Below are positions 1 to 9,627 of a stretch of DNA of 64,000 bases, one piece after another. The notes beneath the pieces are model-generated. The model saw only the letters and a list, made by a program, of their open reading frames with translations. It did no database searches and was not told where the DNA came from. Source of the DNA: Anaerolineae bacterium (GTDB lineage: Bacteria > Chloroflexota > Anaerolineae > UBA1429); the NCBI GenBank assembly GCA_963675785.1, contig OY776562.1:2176001-2240000 (forward strand), in the 5' to 3' direction. Position numbers and translations under genes: made by a program. Position 1 is the stretch's first letter. Every line of letters begins with the position of its first letter.

Positions 1-44
1 ACCATGTTGAGCAAAAATCCACTCCTCGCAGGAACAATAACCCG

Positions 45-884
45 CTAACAACAGCCCAGTGTGTGTAGTTCTGTTGCCAGCGCCAGCCACTCGGCGATAT
101 CGAGTTTTTGCGCACGAATCGCTGCAGGCAATCCGGCAGCCTGTAGGGCTTGCCGAGCAATCTGGTCATCACACGGGAGGTTGCTAGCCAAAGCATTGTG
201 CAACTGCTTGCGCTTTTGGCCAAAACCAGCTCTTGCCACTTTGAAAAAGCGCTCGCGCTCATCGACAGAAACCAGCGGCTGCGGATGAGACGTGATTACC
301 AAAACAGCCGAATCTACTTTTGGAGCAGGATAAAAGGAAGCTGCCGGCACATGCAAAGCAAGACGCGGTTTGCCATACACTTGTACACTCAAAGCCAGCA
401 AGCTCATGTTACCAGGCACCGCGACGATGCGCTGAGCTACTTCACGCTGCACCATGACGGTGAGCTGCTCAGGCACCAGTTCAGCCTCCAGTAGGTGCCG
501 CAACACCGCTGAAGTGATGTAATAGGGTAGGTTAGCAACCACCTTATAATGCAGCCCCTCATCCATCGGCACAATCTCGGCAGGATTGATCGCCAAAATA
601 TCATTGTGAACGATGGTTACATTCTCGCAACTGCCCAACTCTGACTCTAGAACGGGAATAAGCCGGTCATCCAGCTCGACCGCAACAACGTGCCGGGCTC
701 GCTCGGCCAGCAACCGGGTAAGCACGCCCACACCCGGCCCCACTTCAAGCACCACATCATCTGAAGAGATATCGCTGGCTTCGACAGTGCGTTCCATGAT
801 GGAACCCTGAACCAAAAAGTTCTGTCCAAGACCCTTGGAAGGGCGAATTCCATAGCGGCGCAAAACAGCACGTGGGTCTAGCAA
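45..884 (-). CDS. rsmA: 16S rRNA m6,2A1518/1519 dimethyltransferase (KsgA)
   Basis: KGLGQNFL, VLEVGPGVG SAM motif, VVANLPYYIT, FYPAPKVDSAV, FGQKRKQL. Confidence 0.97.
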   Translation of the reverse strand: MLDPRAVLRRYGIRPSKGLGQNFLVQGSIMERTVEASDISSDDVVLEVGPGVGVLTRLLAERARHVVAVELDDRLIPVLESELGSCENVTIVHNDILAINPAEIVPMDEGLHYKVVANLPYYITSAVLRHLLEAELVPEQLTVMVQREVAQRIVAVPGNMSLLALSVQVYGKPRLALHVPAASFYPAPKVDSAVLVITSHPQPLVSVDERERFFKVARAGFGQKRKQLHNALASNLPCDDQIARQALQAAGLPAAIRAQKLDIAEWLALATELHTLGCC

Positions 885-889
885 AACAG

Positions 890-2398
890 TTATTCCTTCT
901 CTATCGGGTTATTGGGTATCTGCCAGGTAATGTTGCTTGCTGAGGGCACTGGCGTTAACAGATAAACATTCACCCATCTATACCACATGACCAAGTTATC
1001 ATCATCATAACAGAGATCGATGTGTCGGTCGACAATGGCACTACCCGTATCAGCCGCCGTGGCCTTGCCATAGCCAGGCACATAGACTTGCGTGCCCAAC
1101 GGAATCACATCGGGATCCACGGCCACAATGCCCTTGGCAGCCCGCCAGCCTAATACTGTATACCCGTACCACGATGCCCAGGGCGGCGTGCCCGCCGTGG
1201 CCGCATTATAAGAAGTGGCCAACATGCGCACTACACGCCAATAGGTGATCTCACCCGCTTCGGGAGTAGAGAGGGTTCGCTCGACGATCTGCGTCCCATA
1301 GTGAGTCTCTCGATCCTCCGGTTCGCGTTCGAGCCAGCTCTGCACCTCAGTGCGGTAGGTCTCTTGGCCGTTCACATAGTGCACGCGCACCAACGTACGC
1401 TCGGCACCTTCAGAGCCCCAGTCCACTATCTGCGAGTTGTCAATTTCGAGTGTAGGGTCCCCAAGAACCACTGCATCATAAGGCACAGGAACTTCTTGGA
1501 GGACGTACTCATCGTGCACACGCACGACATTGACCACATCGCCACCCAGTATCTCAGTAGATTCCCCCGGCAGCACATAGTCGTCAGGGCCCAGGGTAAT
1601 CCCCTCGGCCTCCAATAGCTCTGTCACGGTGTCGGCCTGGGTGTACACCGATTGCTGCGTTCCGCCCACATCCAGCAAAACCGATGTAGCGCGCTGGATG
1701 GTGACACTCATACCCGAAGTAACCGGCTCGTTCTGCGCCGGGGTCACCACGTCACCGTCGCGCACAGTAATACCTTGTTCATACAAGGCCTGGCCCACGG
1801 TGCGTGCCGAAGTAAAGCCAACGTTGGTCAAAGAGCCATCTTGAACAGTAAAGGGCACCGCCCGTCGGACGTTCACCACGATGGGATCGCGCCAATTCTC
1901 TAGCACCCGGGAAACGGTTTCATCCGAAGCAATCTCGGGGAGGGGAAGAGCAGCATACAAATCGGTCTCGATGCCGTTCACATAAAAGCGATCGTTAGGG
2001 TAGATGGAAACACCGAGATCATAGAGGGCTTCACGCAGGTTGGAACCGAGGGAATAGGCACGCGTTACCTGTCCATCCTGCACCAGTGCCACGTCACGCG
2101 CCGCCGTAATCGAGATGGGTAGCCCCGCCCAGAGTTCTTCATCAGAAGGGATGACCACCACATCGTCTTCCCCGATGCTCAGATCGAGCTCTTCGAGTAC
2201 GGCCTCCCCGGTGGTCTCGTGGGTATGATACGCCAACACCACCCCGTTGATATCGATTGAAACAGTTCGTTGTGTGTATTGATAGATGCCATAGAACAAA
2301 GCACCAGCGACGCACAAAGACACCGCTATGCCTATGGTTTTGCCAACATGTTTCTTTAGTGGACCGGCTGCATCTTGAGCAGTCAGAGTCTCACTCAT
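890..2398 (-). CDS. YabE/RpfB-like cell-wall protein: N-terminal TM, DUF348 repeats, G5 and 3D domains
   Basis: 3D motif IVAVDPDVIPLGTQVYVPGYG..AADTGSAI..HIDL; repeated TV.E.L..GI DUF348 segments; lies upstream of ksgA as in yabE/rpfB-ksgA synteny. Start set at ATG 2398 (GAGGAG RBS, overlaps upstream stop). Confidence 0.88.
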   Translation of the reverse strand: MSETLTAQDAAGPLKKHVGKTIGIAVSLCVAGALFYGIYQYTQRTVSIDINGVVLAYHTHETTGEAVLEELDLSIGEDDVVVIPSDEELWAGLPISITAARDVALVQDGQVTRAYSLGSNLREALYDLGVSIYPNDRFYVNGIETDLYAALPLPEIASDETVSRVLENWRDPIVVNVRRAVPFTVQDGSLTNVGFTSARTVGQALYEQGITVRDGDVVTPAQNEPVTSGMSVTIQRATSVLLDVGGTQQSVYTQADTVTELLEAEGITLGPDDYVLPGESTEILGGDVVNVVRVHDEYVLQEVPVPYDAVVLGDPTLEIDNSQIVDWGSEGAERTLVRVHYVNGQETYRTEVQSWLEREPEDRETHYGTQIVERTLSTPEAGEITYWRVVRMLATSYNAATAGTPPWASWYGYTVLGWRAAKGIVAVDPDVIPLGTQVYVPGYGKATAADTGSAIVDRHIDLCYDDDNLVMWYRWVNVYLLTPVPSASNITWQIPNNPIEKE

Positions 2399-3645
2399 GT
2401 TTGCTCCTCTCTGGCGGCATTTTCGCCGGCAAGTCGGCCAGTGCAAAAGGCCATCTGCAGGTTGTAGCCGCCGCTATCGCCGGCAATGTCAATGACCTCG
2501 CCAGCCATATAGAGTCCGCGCACAATATTGGATTCCATCGTGCGTGGATTGAGCTCTCTGGTGGAAACGCCGCCCACGGTCACCATTCCGCGTTCCAGCG
2601 GACGGGTACCGTCAATTTGGACGGACATACGTTTGAGCTGCTTTACCAGGCGGGATCGCGCAGCTGTCGTAAGTTGTGCAACAGCCAAATGCTCGTCGAT
2701 CTCGCATTTATATAAAATCACTGCGGCCAGACCAGCAGGTACGAATTCGCGCAACAGATCCATTACAATCTGAATACGCTTTTCTTTGGCCAGGCGCAAT
2801 AATGCACTATCAAGCTCTTGCTCGTTCAAATTGGGAGTGAGATCTAATTGGAGCAAGAGGGACTGTTCAGGCCGCAATTCACGAGCCACAAACAGCGAAA
2901 GGGAAAGAATGGCTGGCCCCGAAAGGCCGTCATGGGCGAATAGCAGGCTGCCATGGTGAGAGCCGAGCTTGCGTTCATCAGCATAGAGTGTCACTGCTAC
3001 ATCCGACACGCTAATACCCTGCAAACTTGCCAACCAGGGATCAGAACAACGCATACCCACCAATCCGGGTTTGGGGTCGAATACGGTGTGCCCCAAGCGG
3101 TGGGCCCAGGAATAACCATCGCCCGAAGAGCCAGTGTGGGGATAAGTAGCCCCACCCGTGCAAAGCACTATAGCATCAGCAGGTAGCGTTTCACCCGAAC
3201 GAAGCCTGACCCCGGTAACTTGGCCACCTTCAACTACAATATCGTCCACTGCCGAGCAATACCGGATTTCAACACCGATACGTTCGCAGGCTTTGACCAA
3301 GCACTGTACAACGTCCAAAGCCTCGTTCGAGCGCGGGAAAACCTTGCCTTCAGCGTCCACATAAGTGGGGACGCCACGCTCCTCTAAAAAGAATCGCAGA
3401 TCCTCAACAGGAAAACGTTCCAACGCCCCACGCACGAATCGTCCGCGCGGAACGACATGGCTCGCGAAATCAGCAGGATCGCAGGTATTTGCCAAATTAC
3501 AGCGCCTGTTGCCGGTCAAACGCATTTTGGCGCCGGGAATATCCATCTTTTCCAGCAGAATGACCCTTGCACCGGCAGACGCTGCGCTCTCTGCTGCCAT
3601 CAGCCCAGACGCACCGGCCCCGATGACAACGACGTTCTTGGCCAT
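2395..3645 (-). CDS. HI0933/YhiN (BaiN-like) flavoprotein
   Basis: VIGAGASGL FAD motif, KMRLTGNRRCN, GKVFP, TGGATYP.TGSSGDG, VTVGGV, GEVIDIAGDSGGYNLQ; ATG 3645 after GGAGG. Confidence 0.93.
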   Translation of the reverse strand: MAKNVVVIGAGASGLMAAESAASAGARVILLEKMDIPGAKMRLTGNRRCNLANTCDPADFASHVVPRGRFVRGALERFPVEDLRFFLEERGVPTYVDAEGKVFPRSNEALDVVQCLVKACERIGVEIRYCSAVDDIVVEGGQVTGVRLRSGETLPADAIVLCTGGATYPHTGSSGDGYSWAHRLGHTVFDPKPGLVGMRCSDPWLASLQGISVSDVAVTLYADERKLGSHHGSLLFAHDGLSGPAILSLSLFVARELRPEQSLLLQLDLTPNLNEQELDSALLRLAKEKRIQIVMDLLREFVPAGLAAVILYKCEIDEHLAVAQLTTAARSRLVKQLKRMSVQIDGTRPLERGMVTVGGVSTRELNPRTMESNIVRGLYMAGEVIDIAGDSGGYNLQMAFCTGRLAGENAAREEQT

Positions 3646-3652
3646 GAACCTC

Positions 3653-3684
3653 CAAAGAGACAGGGGCGGTGATGAGCCGCCCCT
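3653..3684 (-). terminator. GC-rich hairpin with imperfect U-tail downstream of SRP RNA
   Basis: AGGGGCGG-7nt-CCGCCCCT followed on the minus strand by GTCTCTTT, just before the RBS of the flavoprotein gene. Confidence 0.55.
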
Positions 3685-3697
3685 TTGACAGCAAAAT

Positions 3698-3961
3698 GTC
3701 GTGCATCCCACGTTGTGGCGACTCTACCGTCTTGTCCCAACAGACTAACTCGGACCAGGCTCTCCCTTGTCACCCAAAACGACCCGCTTACCGCTGCTTC
3801 CTTCCGGACCTGGCGGGGTTCACAGGGTTTTGCCGCAAAGGACCCAATCCTCAACATTAACCTGTCGAGCCAGACTCAGCGAACCGTCCCGCGATGGGCC
3901 TTCAGCCCCGCTGTAGCGGATTGCGAGTACAGGGCACCGCTAGCTCCCCGCCTAGCACGAC
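3698..3961 (-). ncRNA. ffs: Large bacterial SRP RNA (Bacillus scRNA type with Alu domain)
   Basis: Minus strand has 5' Alu-like GTCGTGCTAGGCGGGGAGCTAGCGGTGCCCTGTACTCGCAATCCGCT and helix-8 GAACCCCGCCAGGTCCGGAAGGAAGCAGCGGTAAG; 5' GUCGUGC pairs with 3' GCACGAC; 264 nt. Confidence 0.96.
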
Positions 3962-3967
3962 GATGAA

Positions 3968-3996
3968 AGCATAGCGTATGCTAAAAATTCTGTCAA
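3968..3996 (-). promoter_or_regulatory. Sigma70-type promoter of SRP RNA
   Basis: TTGACA-17bp-TATGCT, with the RNA 5' end 7 nt downstream. Confidence 0.85.
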
Positions 3997-4170
3997 AGAA
4001 GGAGCTAGTTTTTACTTTAGTATAGTTCCTATAATTACCTTTTAACGATTTTATATTTGTTTTTAAGAAAATTGAGAATGCACCAGGAAGACTACAAAGA
4101 GAAGGCTGATCAACCCATGATCCTGCTAACTGGCAATCAGTTCCTAGGGCAAATGCGCTTTTCTCCAGGC

Positions 4171-4198
4171 TTGACACTTGTAATTGGTTAGGTATGAT
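4171..4198 (+). promoter_or_regulatory. Sigma70-type promoter of the AbrB-ABC operon
   Basis: TTGACA-16bp-TATGAT. Confidence 0.7.
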
Positions 4199-4259
4199 AT
4201 TCCGTATAAATTATACAATTCTTATAATTCCTACTTTTCATACTAAAAGGAGTTCTCCC

Positions 4260-4484
4260 ATGAATGCACCAAAGGGGAAATACGCTTGGACTGCAAAAGT
4301 TGGAGATAAAGGACAGATTGTGATTCCTCAACAGGCTCGTGAGGTCTTTGATATCAAACCGGGGGATACCCTGCTCCTTCTCGGTGATGAAGAGAGGGGT
4401 ATTGCCATTGTAAAAAACGACATCCTGCAGAAATTCGTCGATTCTGTATTGGGTGCCCAAGGAAATCCGGAGACAGAAGAATGA
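4260..4484 (+). CDS. AbrB/MazE/SpoVT-family DNA-binding protein
   Basis: KVGDKGQIVIP..AREVFDIKPGD.L swapped-hairpin signature; AAGGAG RBS before ATG 4260. Confidence 0.92.
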   Translation: MNAPKGKYAWTAKVGDKGQIVIPQQAREVFDIKPGDTLLLLGDEERGIAIVKNDILQKFVDSVLGAQGNPETEE

Positions 4485-5215
4485 ATGCGATAGAAACTAT
4501 TGATCTAGCGAAACGATACGGAACAAAGACAGCTGTCGATTCACTCAACCTTACAGTCGAGCAAGGTGAGCTTTTCGCACTGCTCGGCGTAAACGGTGCG
4601 GGCAAGACGACTACCATCAAAATGCTATCGTGCCTGACCAAACCTACAAGCGGCGACGCCATTCTGCTGGGAGACAGCGTTATCTCCAACCCCCAAGCCG
4701 TAAAAGAAAAGATCAATATCTCGCCGCAGGAAACAGCTGTAGCTCGTAACCTGTCCGTCAAAGAAAACCTTGAAATGATAGCTCAAATCTACAGCAACAA
4801 TAGAATAGATGCGCGTATCAAGGCAGAGGAAATGCTGTTGACCCTCGGCCTTGGCGAGATTGCTCAAGACAAAGCCAAGACCTTGTCAGGAGGCATGCAG
4901 CGAAGGCTTAGTATCGCAATGGCGCTGATCTCGAATCCACAGATCCTTTTTCTTGATGAACCCACCCTAGGGCTTGATGTCCTCGCAAGGAGAGAACTGT
5001 GGTCTATCATGGAAAAGCTGAGAGGCAACATCACCATTGTTCTGACGACACACTATATGGAAGAGGCGAAAGCCCTTTCGGATAGAATTGGTATTATGGC
5101 CCAGGGCGAACTAAAAGCAGTGAATACAGCAGCAGAGTTGATGCGCAAAACACGGACGGAGACGCTCGAAGACGCTTTCATTGCGATTGCCTCAGAAAGT
5201 GAGATGTCCGAATGA
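4481..5215 (+). CDS. ABC-2 type exporter ATP-binding protein
   Basis: GVNGAGKTT, LSGGMQRR, LFLDEPT, TTHYMEEA. Confidence 0.95.
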   Translation: MNAIETIDLAKRYGTKTAVDSLNLTVEQGELFALLGVNGAGKTTTIKMLSCLTKPTSGDAILLGDSVISNPQAVKEKINISPQETAVARNLSVKENLEMIAQIYSNNRIDARIKAEEMLLTLGLGEIAQDKAKTLSGGMQRRLSIAMALISNPQILFLDEPTLGLDVLARRELWSIMEKLRGNITIVLTTHYMEEAKALSDRIGIMAQGELKAVNTAAELMRKTRTETLEDAFIAIASESEMSE

Positions 5216-5949
5216 GAACGCTTGCCTTTGCTTCGCGCAACCTCAAAGAGATGATGAGAGACCCATTGAACCTGGTCTTTGGCGTAGGGTTTCCATTAAT
5301 CATACTCTTGCTACTTTCTGCAATTCAGGCGAACATTCCTGTAAGCCTGTTCGAAATCGACAGGCTCACTCCAGGAATAGCCGTCTTTGGATTGTCATTC
5401 ATATCGCTCTTTTCGGGTACGCTGATCGCCAAAGACAGAAGCACCTCGTTTCTGATGCGCTTGTTCGCTTCACCGCTCTCTGCGTCCGATTTCATCCTCG
5501 GATACACCCTGCCGCTTTTGCCCATAGCAGTTCTGCAAAGTATCCTCTGTTTCATTGCAGCCCTATTTCTTGGGCTGCCACTCACGGCCAATATACTGGT
5601 AGCGCTAGTCGTGCTGATCCCGGCCGCACTCTTGTTCATCGGTATCGGACTCTTGGCGGGGAGTGTGCTCAATGACAAGCAGGTTGGTGGAGTCTGTGGC
5701 GCACTGCTCACTAATGTTAGCGCCTGGCTGAGCGGCACCTGGTTCGAGTTGGATCTGGTGGGAGGAGCCTTTCAAGCGGTCGCTTATGCGCTTCCGTTCG
5801 CTCATGCTGTCGATGCGACCAGAGCTGCCCTGGCAGGTGACTATGCTTCGATATTCCCCCACCTTTGGTGGGTACTGGGATATGCGCTTATAGTATTGGT
5901 CATCGCAGTAATCGTGTTCAAAAACAAAATGAACAGCGATAGCCTCTGA
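5212..5949 (+). CDS. ABC-2 type exporter permease
   Basis: About 6 hydrophobic segments, RL.ASP motif, ATGA-coupled to the ATPase. Confidence 0.9.
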   Translation: MRTLAFASRNLKEMMRDPLNLVFGVGFPLIILLLLSAIQANIPVSLFEIDRLTPGIAVFGLSFISLFSGTLIAKDRSTSFLMRLFASPLSASDFILGYTLPLLPIAVLQSILCFIAALFLGLPLTANILVALVVLIPAALLFIGIGLLAGSVLNDKQVGGVCGALLTNVSAWLSGTWFELDLVGGAFQAVAYALPFAHAVDATRAALAGDYASIFPHLWWVLGYALIVLVIAVIVFKNKMNSDSL

Positions 5950-6080
5950 GATTATGACAGCTATCTCGTTGGATCGTCATTTTTATAAGCGGCAACTTGT
6001 CGCAGAGCAACCATAGAAGACGGAGGATATGTTCCATAGTTAACAGTGAAATTGACGAAAACGATCAGTAGAAACGACAG

Positions 6081-6950
6081 ATGACTATGTGGATCATATT
6101 TGCATTTGGCTCTGCACTATTTGCAGGCCTTACATCAATCTTGGCCAAGTGTGGAATTAAAAAGACAGATTCTACGGTGGCAACTGCCATACGTACCATC
6201 GTAGTATTGTTATTTGCCTGGCTAATGGTATTTATCGTTGGCTCCCAGAATACAATTGCAAGTGTCAGCCGCGAAACAATGCTGTTCTTGATCTTGTCTG
6301 GATTAGCAACGGGAGCGTCCTGGCTCTGCTATTTCAAGGCATTGCAGCTTGGAGACGTGAACAAAGTAGTACCCATTGATAAATCCAGTACTGTTCTGAC
6401 AATGATCTTGGCATTTATCATTTTGGGTGAACCCTTTACCTTGGTTAAATTTGCGGGAATGGTAGCAATCGCCGTTGGTACCTATCTGATGATTCAGAAA
6501 AAGAATAGCGCAGAGCAGAAAAAAGAGAGCAAAGCATGGATGGTCTATGCAATGCTTTCGGCGGTATTTGCTAGCCTGACAGCTATTCTTGGCAAAATCG
6601 GTATCAGTGGCGTGGAATCCAACCTTGGTACGGCAATCCGCACTATTGTGGTTCTAGTCATGGCCTGGGTAATGGTATTCGTGACCGGCAAACAGAGAGA
6701 AATTAAGAAAATCGAGAAAAACGAACTGTTCTTTATCTGTTTATCCGGACTCGCAACCGGGGGTTCGTGGCTATGCTACTACAAGGCATTACAAGAAGGA
6801 CAGGCAAGCATCGTAGTACCGATCGATAAGCTAAGCATCCTTATCACCATTGCCTTTGCATATGTCATATTCAAAGAAAAATTGGTAAAAAAGTCCCTCC
6901 TTGGATTGGTCTTGATTACAGCGGGTACGTTAATCATGCTTATTCAGTAA
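6081..6950 (+). CDS. EamA/DMT-family transporter (internal duplication)
   Basis: Two repeats of FA.LT.IL.K.GI...S...TAIRTIVV...SGLATG.SWLCY.KALQ.G....VVPIDK. Confidence 0.92.
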   Translation: MTMWIIFAFGSALFAGLTSILAKCGIKKTDSTVATAIRTIVVLLFAWLMVFIVGSQNTIASVSRETMLFLILSGLATGASWLCYFKALQLGDVNKVVPIDKSSTVLTMILAFIILGEPFTLVKFAGMVAIAVGTYLMIQKKNSAEQKKESKAWMVYAMLSAVFASLTAILGKIGISGVESNLGTAIRTIVVLVMAWVMVFVTGKQREIKKIEKNELFFICLSGLATGGSWLCYYKALQEGQASIVVPIDKLSILITIAFAYVIFKEKLVKKSLLGLVLITAGTLIMLIQ

Positions 6951-7080
6951 GGGCTTGGGCAAATAGAAGAATATCGGATACGCGCATAGACTAGTATGCT
7001 ATCCAAAATGATGACACCCTGCCCCTTGTCCAAGAGTTAGTCACGCTGTTCAAGAACACATCACACAGTTGACGATGCTC

Positions 7081-7956
7081 CTAACTAAAAAGACTCAGTT
7101 GCTTTGTGCTCAGCTTGTCCTCGAAACGCCCCATATAGTGAAAAATCTGATCCGTGTTACTGACGATGCCATTCTTCATGCAAATATCTCGTGTCAACGC
7201 CGTCAGGTAACTACTGTTCGGCGACGGCACAATATAGTTATTTCCGTATGTTCTTATGTATCGTTCTTTCAGACCGGAAAAGTGCTCGCCCAGCTTTTGG
7301 TAAAAGTACTGACGATCACCGTCTCGCAGGGTCACGCCAATACTGTCAAAGAAAAGAACGCCATAGACCTCTGCCTTGATGCAGTAATCAAGGATGCCGC
7401 GTATGTTTTCCTCGGTATCGTTGATGAACGGCAGAATGGGTGTCATCCAGATGACAGTGGGAATACCCTCATCTCTTAGGATGTTCAGCACCTCCGCTCG
7501 CCTGCTTGTGGTACAAACGTTTGGCTCGACGATTCGGCAAAGAGCATCATCATAGGTTGTCAGCGTCATCTGCACCACACATTTCGTCTTGCGGTTGATG
7601 CTTCTCAGCAAATCGAGATCACGCAGGATCAAATCGGATTTTGTCTGTATCGCCAAACCAAAGCCATATTCGTCGATCAATTCGAGACATCTCCTGGTCA
7701 AACGCAGATTCTTTTCAGCATGCAGGTACGGATCACACATGGCCCCAGTACTGATCACGCACTTTTTCCGCTTGCCCCTTAGCGCTTGCTCCAGCAACTC
7801 TGCAGCGTTAGACTTGACTTCGATATCCTCAAACTGATGCTTCATCTGATAACATGTGCTTCGCGCATCGCAATAAATGCAGCCGTGGGTACAGCCGCGG
7901 TATATGTTCATCCCATTCTTGGGGGAGAGTATGGATTTAGCTAGTTTCTCATGCAA
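7081..7956 (-). CDS. Radical SAM protein, SplB/Rv2578c-like DNA-repair-associated family
   Basis: NIYRGCTHGCIYC motif, DPY, IQTKS, PILPFIND; C-terminal QLSLF; TTG start. Confidence 0.88.
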   Translation of the reverse strand: MHEKLAKSILSPKNGMNIYRGCTHGCIYCDARSTCYQMKHQFEDIEVKSNAAELLEQALRGKRKKCVISTGAMCDPYLHAEKNLRLTRRCLELIDEYGFGLAIQTKSDLILRDLDLLRSINRKTKCVVQMTLTTYDDALCRIVEPNVCTTSRRAEVLNILRDEGIPTVIWMTPILPFINDTEENIRGILDYCIKAEVYGVLFFDSIGVTLRDGDRQYFYQKLGEHFSGLKERYIRTYGNNYIVPSPNSSYLTALTRDICMKNGIVSNTDQIFHYMGRFEDKLSTKQLSLFS

Positions 7957-8161
7957 AGAGTTGCCCCGTCTCCAAGCTGTTGCTTATCTCACGCCGTTCA
8001 TTGTAATGCAGAATCGGGAACTTTTCATGCTGATGCTCTGACTCTGGTGCCACAATGGAAACGGGGACTCGATGTTCTTGTGATTTTCGCCGCAGATAAC
8101 AAAAGCCGGGACTTCCAGACCGGATTTCCAGCTGAAAGCCCCGCTTTCGGGCAAAAAGCAT

Positions 8162-8200
8162 AAAACAAGGACGCAGCCATTGATACTATGGCTGCGTCCT
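8162..8200 (-). terminator. Intrinsic terminator after tRNA-Ser
   Basis: 13-bp perfect stem AGGACGCAGCCAT/ATGGCTGCGTCCT followed by TGTTTT on the minus strand. Confidence 0.85.
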
Positions 8201-8204
8201 GATC

Positions 8205-8292
8205 TGGCGGAGAGGGCGGGATTCGAACCCGCGAAGCTCACGCTTACACGATTTCCAATCGTGCGCACTCGACCGGACTATGCGACCTCTCC
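8205..8292 (-). tRNA. tRNA-Ser (anticodon GGA)
   Basis: GGAGAGG acceptor stem, anticodon arm CACGA-TTGGAAA-TCGTG, long variable arm, GGTTCGAATCC T-arm, encoded CCA. Confidence 0.97.
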
Positions 8293-8304
8293 GTGACTCC
8301 TGCG

Positions 8305-8333
8305 ATTATACTCGTGCTCGTTCTACAGGCCAA
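8305..8333 (-). promoter_or_regulatory. Promoter of tRNA-Ser
   Basis: TTGGCC-17bp-TATAAT on the minus strand. Confidence 0.6.
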
Positions 8334-8380
8334 ATCATGCTCTGCAAAACCACCGTCCTGTAGGTCAAGGGCTGGGTCTG

Positions 8381-8389
8381 TGCTATAAT
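8381..8389 (+). promoter_or_regulatory. Extended -10 promoter of alaX operon
   Basis: TGCTATAAT about 30 nt upstream of ATG 8421. Confidence 0.6.
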
Positions 8390-8420
8390 GTGCACATGTG
8401 TTTTATTGTCAGGGGAGATT

Positions 8421-9623
8421 ATGACAGAGCTGCTTTTCAGACGAGACGCCTACCTTACTGAATTCGATGCTACCATCATTGAGCGTCGTACGATTAAAGA
8501 CCACCCGGCCGTCCTTCTGGACCGCACTGCCTTTTATGCAACTTCTGGCGGTCAGCCGTATGATACAGGCACCTTGGGAGAGGCTCATATTCTGGATGTC
8601 ATCGAGGACGGAGCAGATGTTATCCATGTACTCGACCGCCCTCTAGAGCGTAATTCAGTTCACGGGCGTATCGATTGGGCAAGACGTTTTGATCATATGC
8701 AACAGCACAGCGGCCAGCACGTGCTCTCTGCCGCTTTTGAAACAATCGGCGCAGCTACTATTAGCTTTCATCTTGGCGAAGAGACCTGTACAATTGATCT
8801 CGACGCCAGCGACATGACCGATGAACAACTCGAAATCATCGAACAGCGCACCAATCAGGCCATCTTTGATAATCACCTGGTGCACATATCCGAATGCAGC
8901 CTGCAGGAAGCCGCCAGCCACCATTTGCGCAAGCTGCCCGAAGTAGAAGGGCTTGTGCGCATTGTTGATATCGAGAATTTCGATGCGACGGCCTGCTGCG
9001 GCACTCACGTGCGCAGCACGGGTGAAATCGGCTGTATTCACATTCGCGGCCTTACCAAACGCAAGGGCAGCACACGTATCGAGTTTTTATGCGGCTGGCG
9101 AGCCGTCCGCGATTACACTGAACGCGACCGTCTCTTACAGGCGCAGGCCAATCACCTCAGTGTGGGCATTCATGATTTGGGGGAATCAATTGTCCGTTTG
9201 GAAGAGGCTTCCTCGACGGCACACAAGAACGAGCAGCGCTTACGTCAGCAATTGCTGGATATGCAACTGGCCGACATCGCCGCATCAGCCAGCGCGCTGA
9301 ATGGCTTTCAGTTAATTTGTCAGCCCTTGCCCGATCAGGACACCAACGGCATGCGCTACGCCGCCCAACAGTTACTACAAGAACCAGGGCGCATCGTGCT
9401 CTTGGGCGTGACCGAGCCCAGCACACAGGTGGTTTTTGCTAGCTCGGCCGACAAGGCCCCACACATGGGCAATCTACTCAAAGAGGTATTGGCTGCTTTT
9501 GGTGGACGCGGCGGCGGCAAGCCCAATATGGCCCAGGGTGGCGGCTTTGAAGCCGACCAACTCGATCGGGTGTTGACAACTGCCAAGGCGCAAATCGTCA
9601 CCGAAATCTCACAGGGGAGATGA
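8421..9623 (+). CDS. Alanyl-tRNA editing protein, AlaX-L type with DHHA1/C-Ala domain
   Basis: TAFYATSGGQP.D.G, HMQQHSGQH and CCGTH zinc motifs, GGRGGGKPNMAQGG. Confidence 0.92.
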   Translation: MTELLFRRDAYLTEFDATIIERRTIKDHPAVLLDRTAFYATSGGQPYDTGTLGEAHILDVIEDGADVIHVLDRPLERNSVHGRIDWARRFDHMQQHSGQHVLSAAFETIGAATISFHLGEETCTIDLDASDMTDEQLEIIEQRTNQAIFDNHLVHISECSLQEAASHHLRKLPEVEGLVRIVDIENFDATACCGTHVRSTGEIGCIHIRGLTKRKGSTRIEFLCGWRAVRDYTERDRLLQAQANHLSVGIHDLGESIVRLEEASSTAHKNEQRLRQQLLDMQLADIAASASALNGFQLICQPLPDQDTNGMRYAAQQLLQEPGRIVLLGVTEPSTQVVFASSADKAPHMGNLLKEVLAAFGGRGGGKPNMAQGGGFEADQLDRVLTTAKAQIVTEISQGR

Positions 9624-9627
9624 TTCT

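Noticed and set aside
3960-4260. att duplication of the tRNA-Ser 3' end bounding the islet
   Set aside because: No copy of TGGCGGAGAGGG found and no integrase is present.
7949-8268. Short ORFs across the tRNA-Ser and its downstream spacer
   Set aside because: They overlap the tRNA, its terminator or the spacer and have no RBS or protein-like features.
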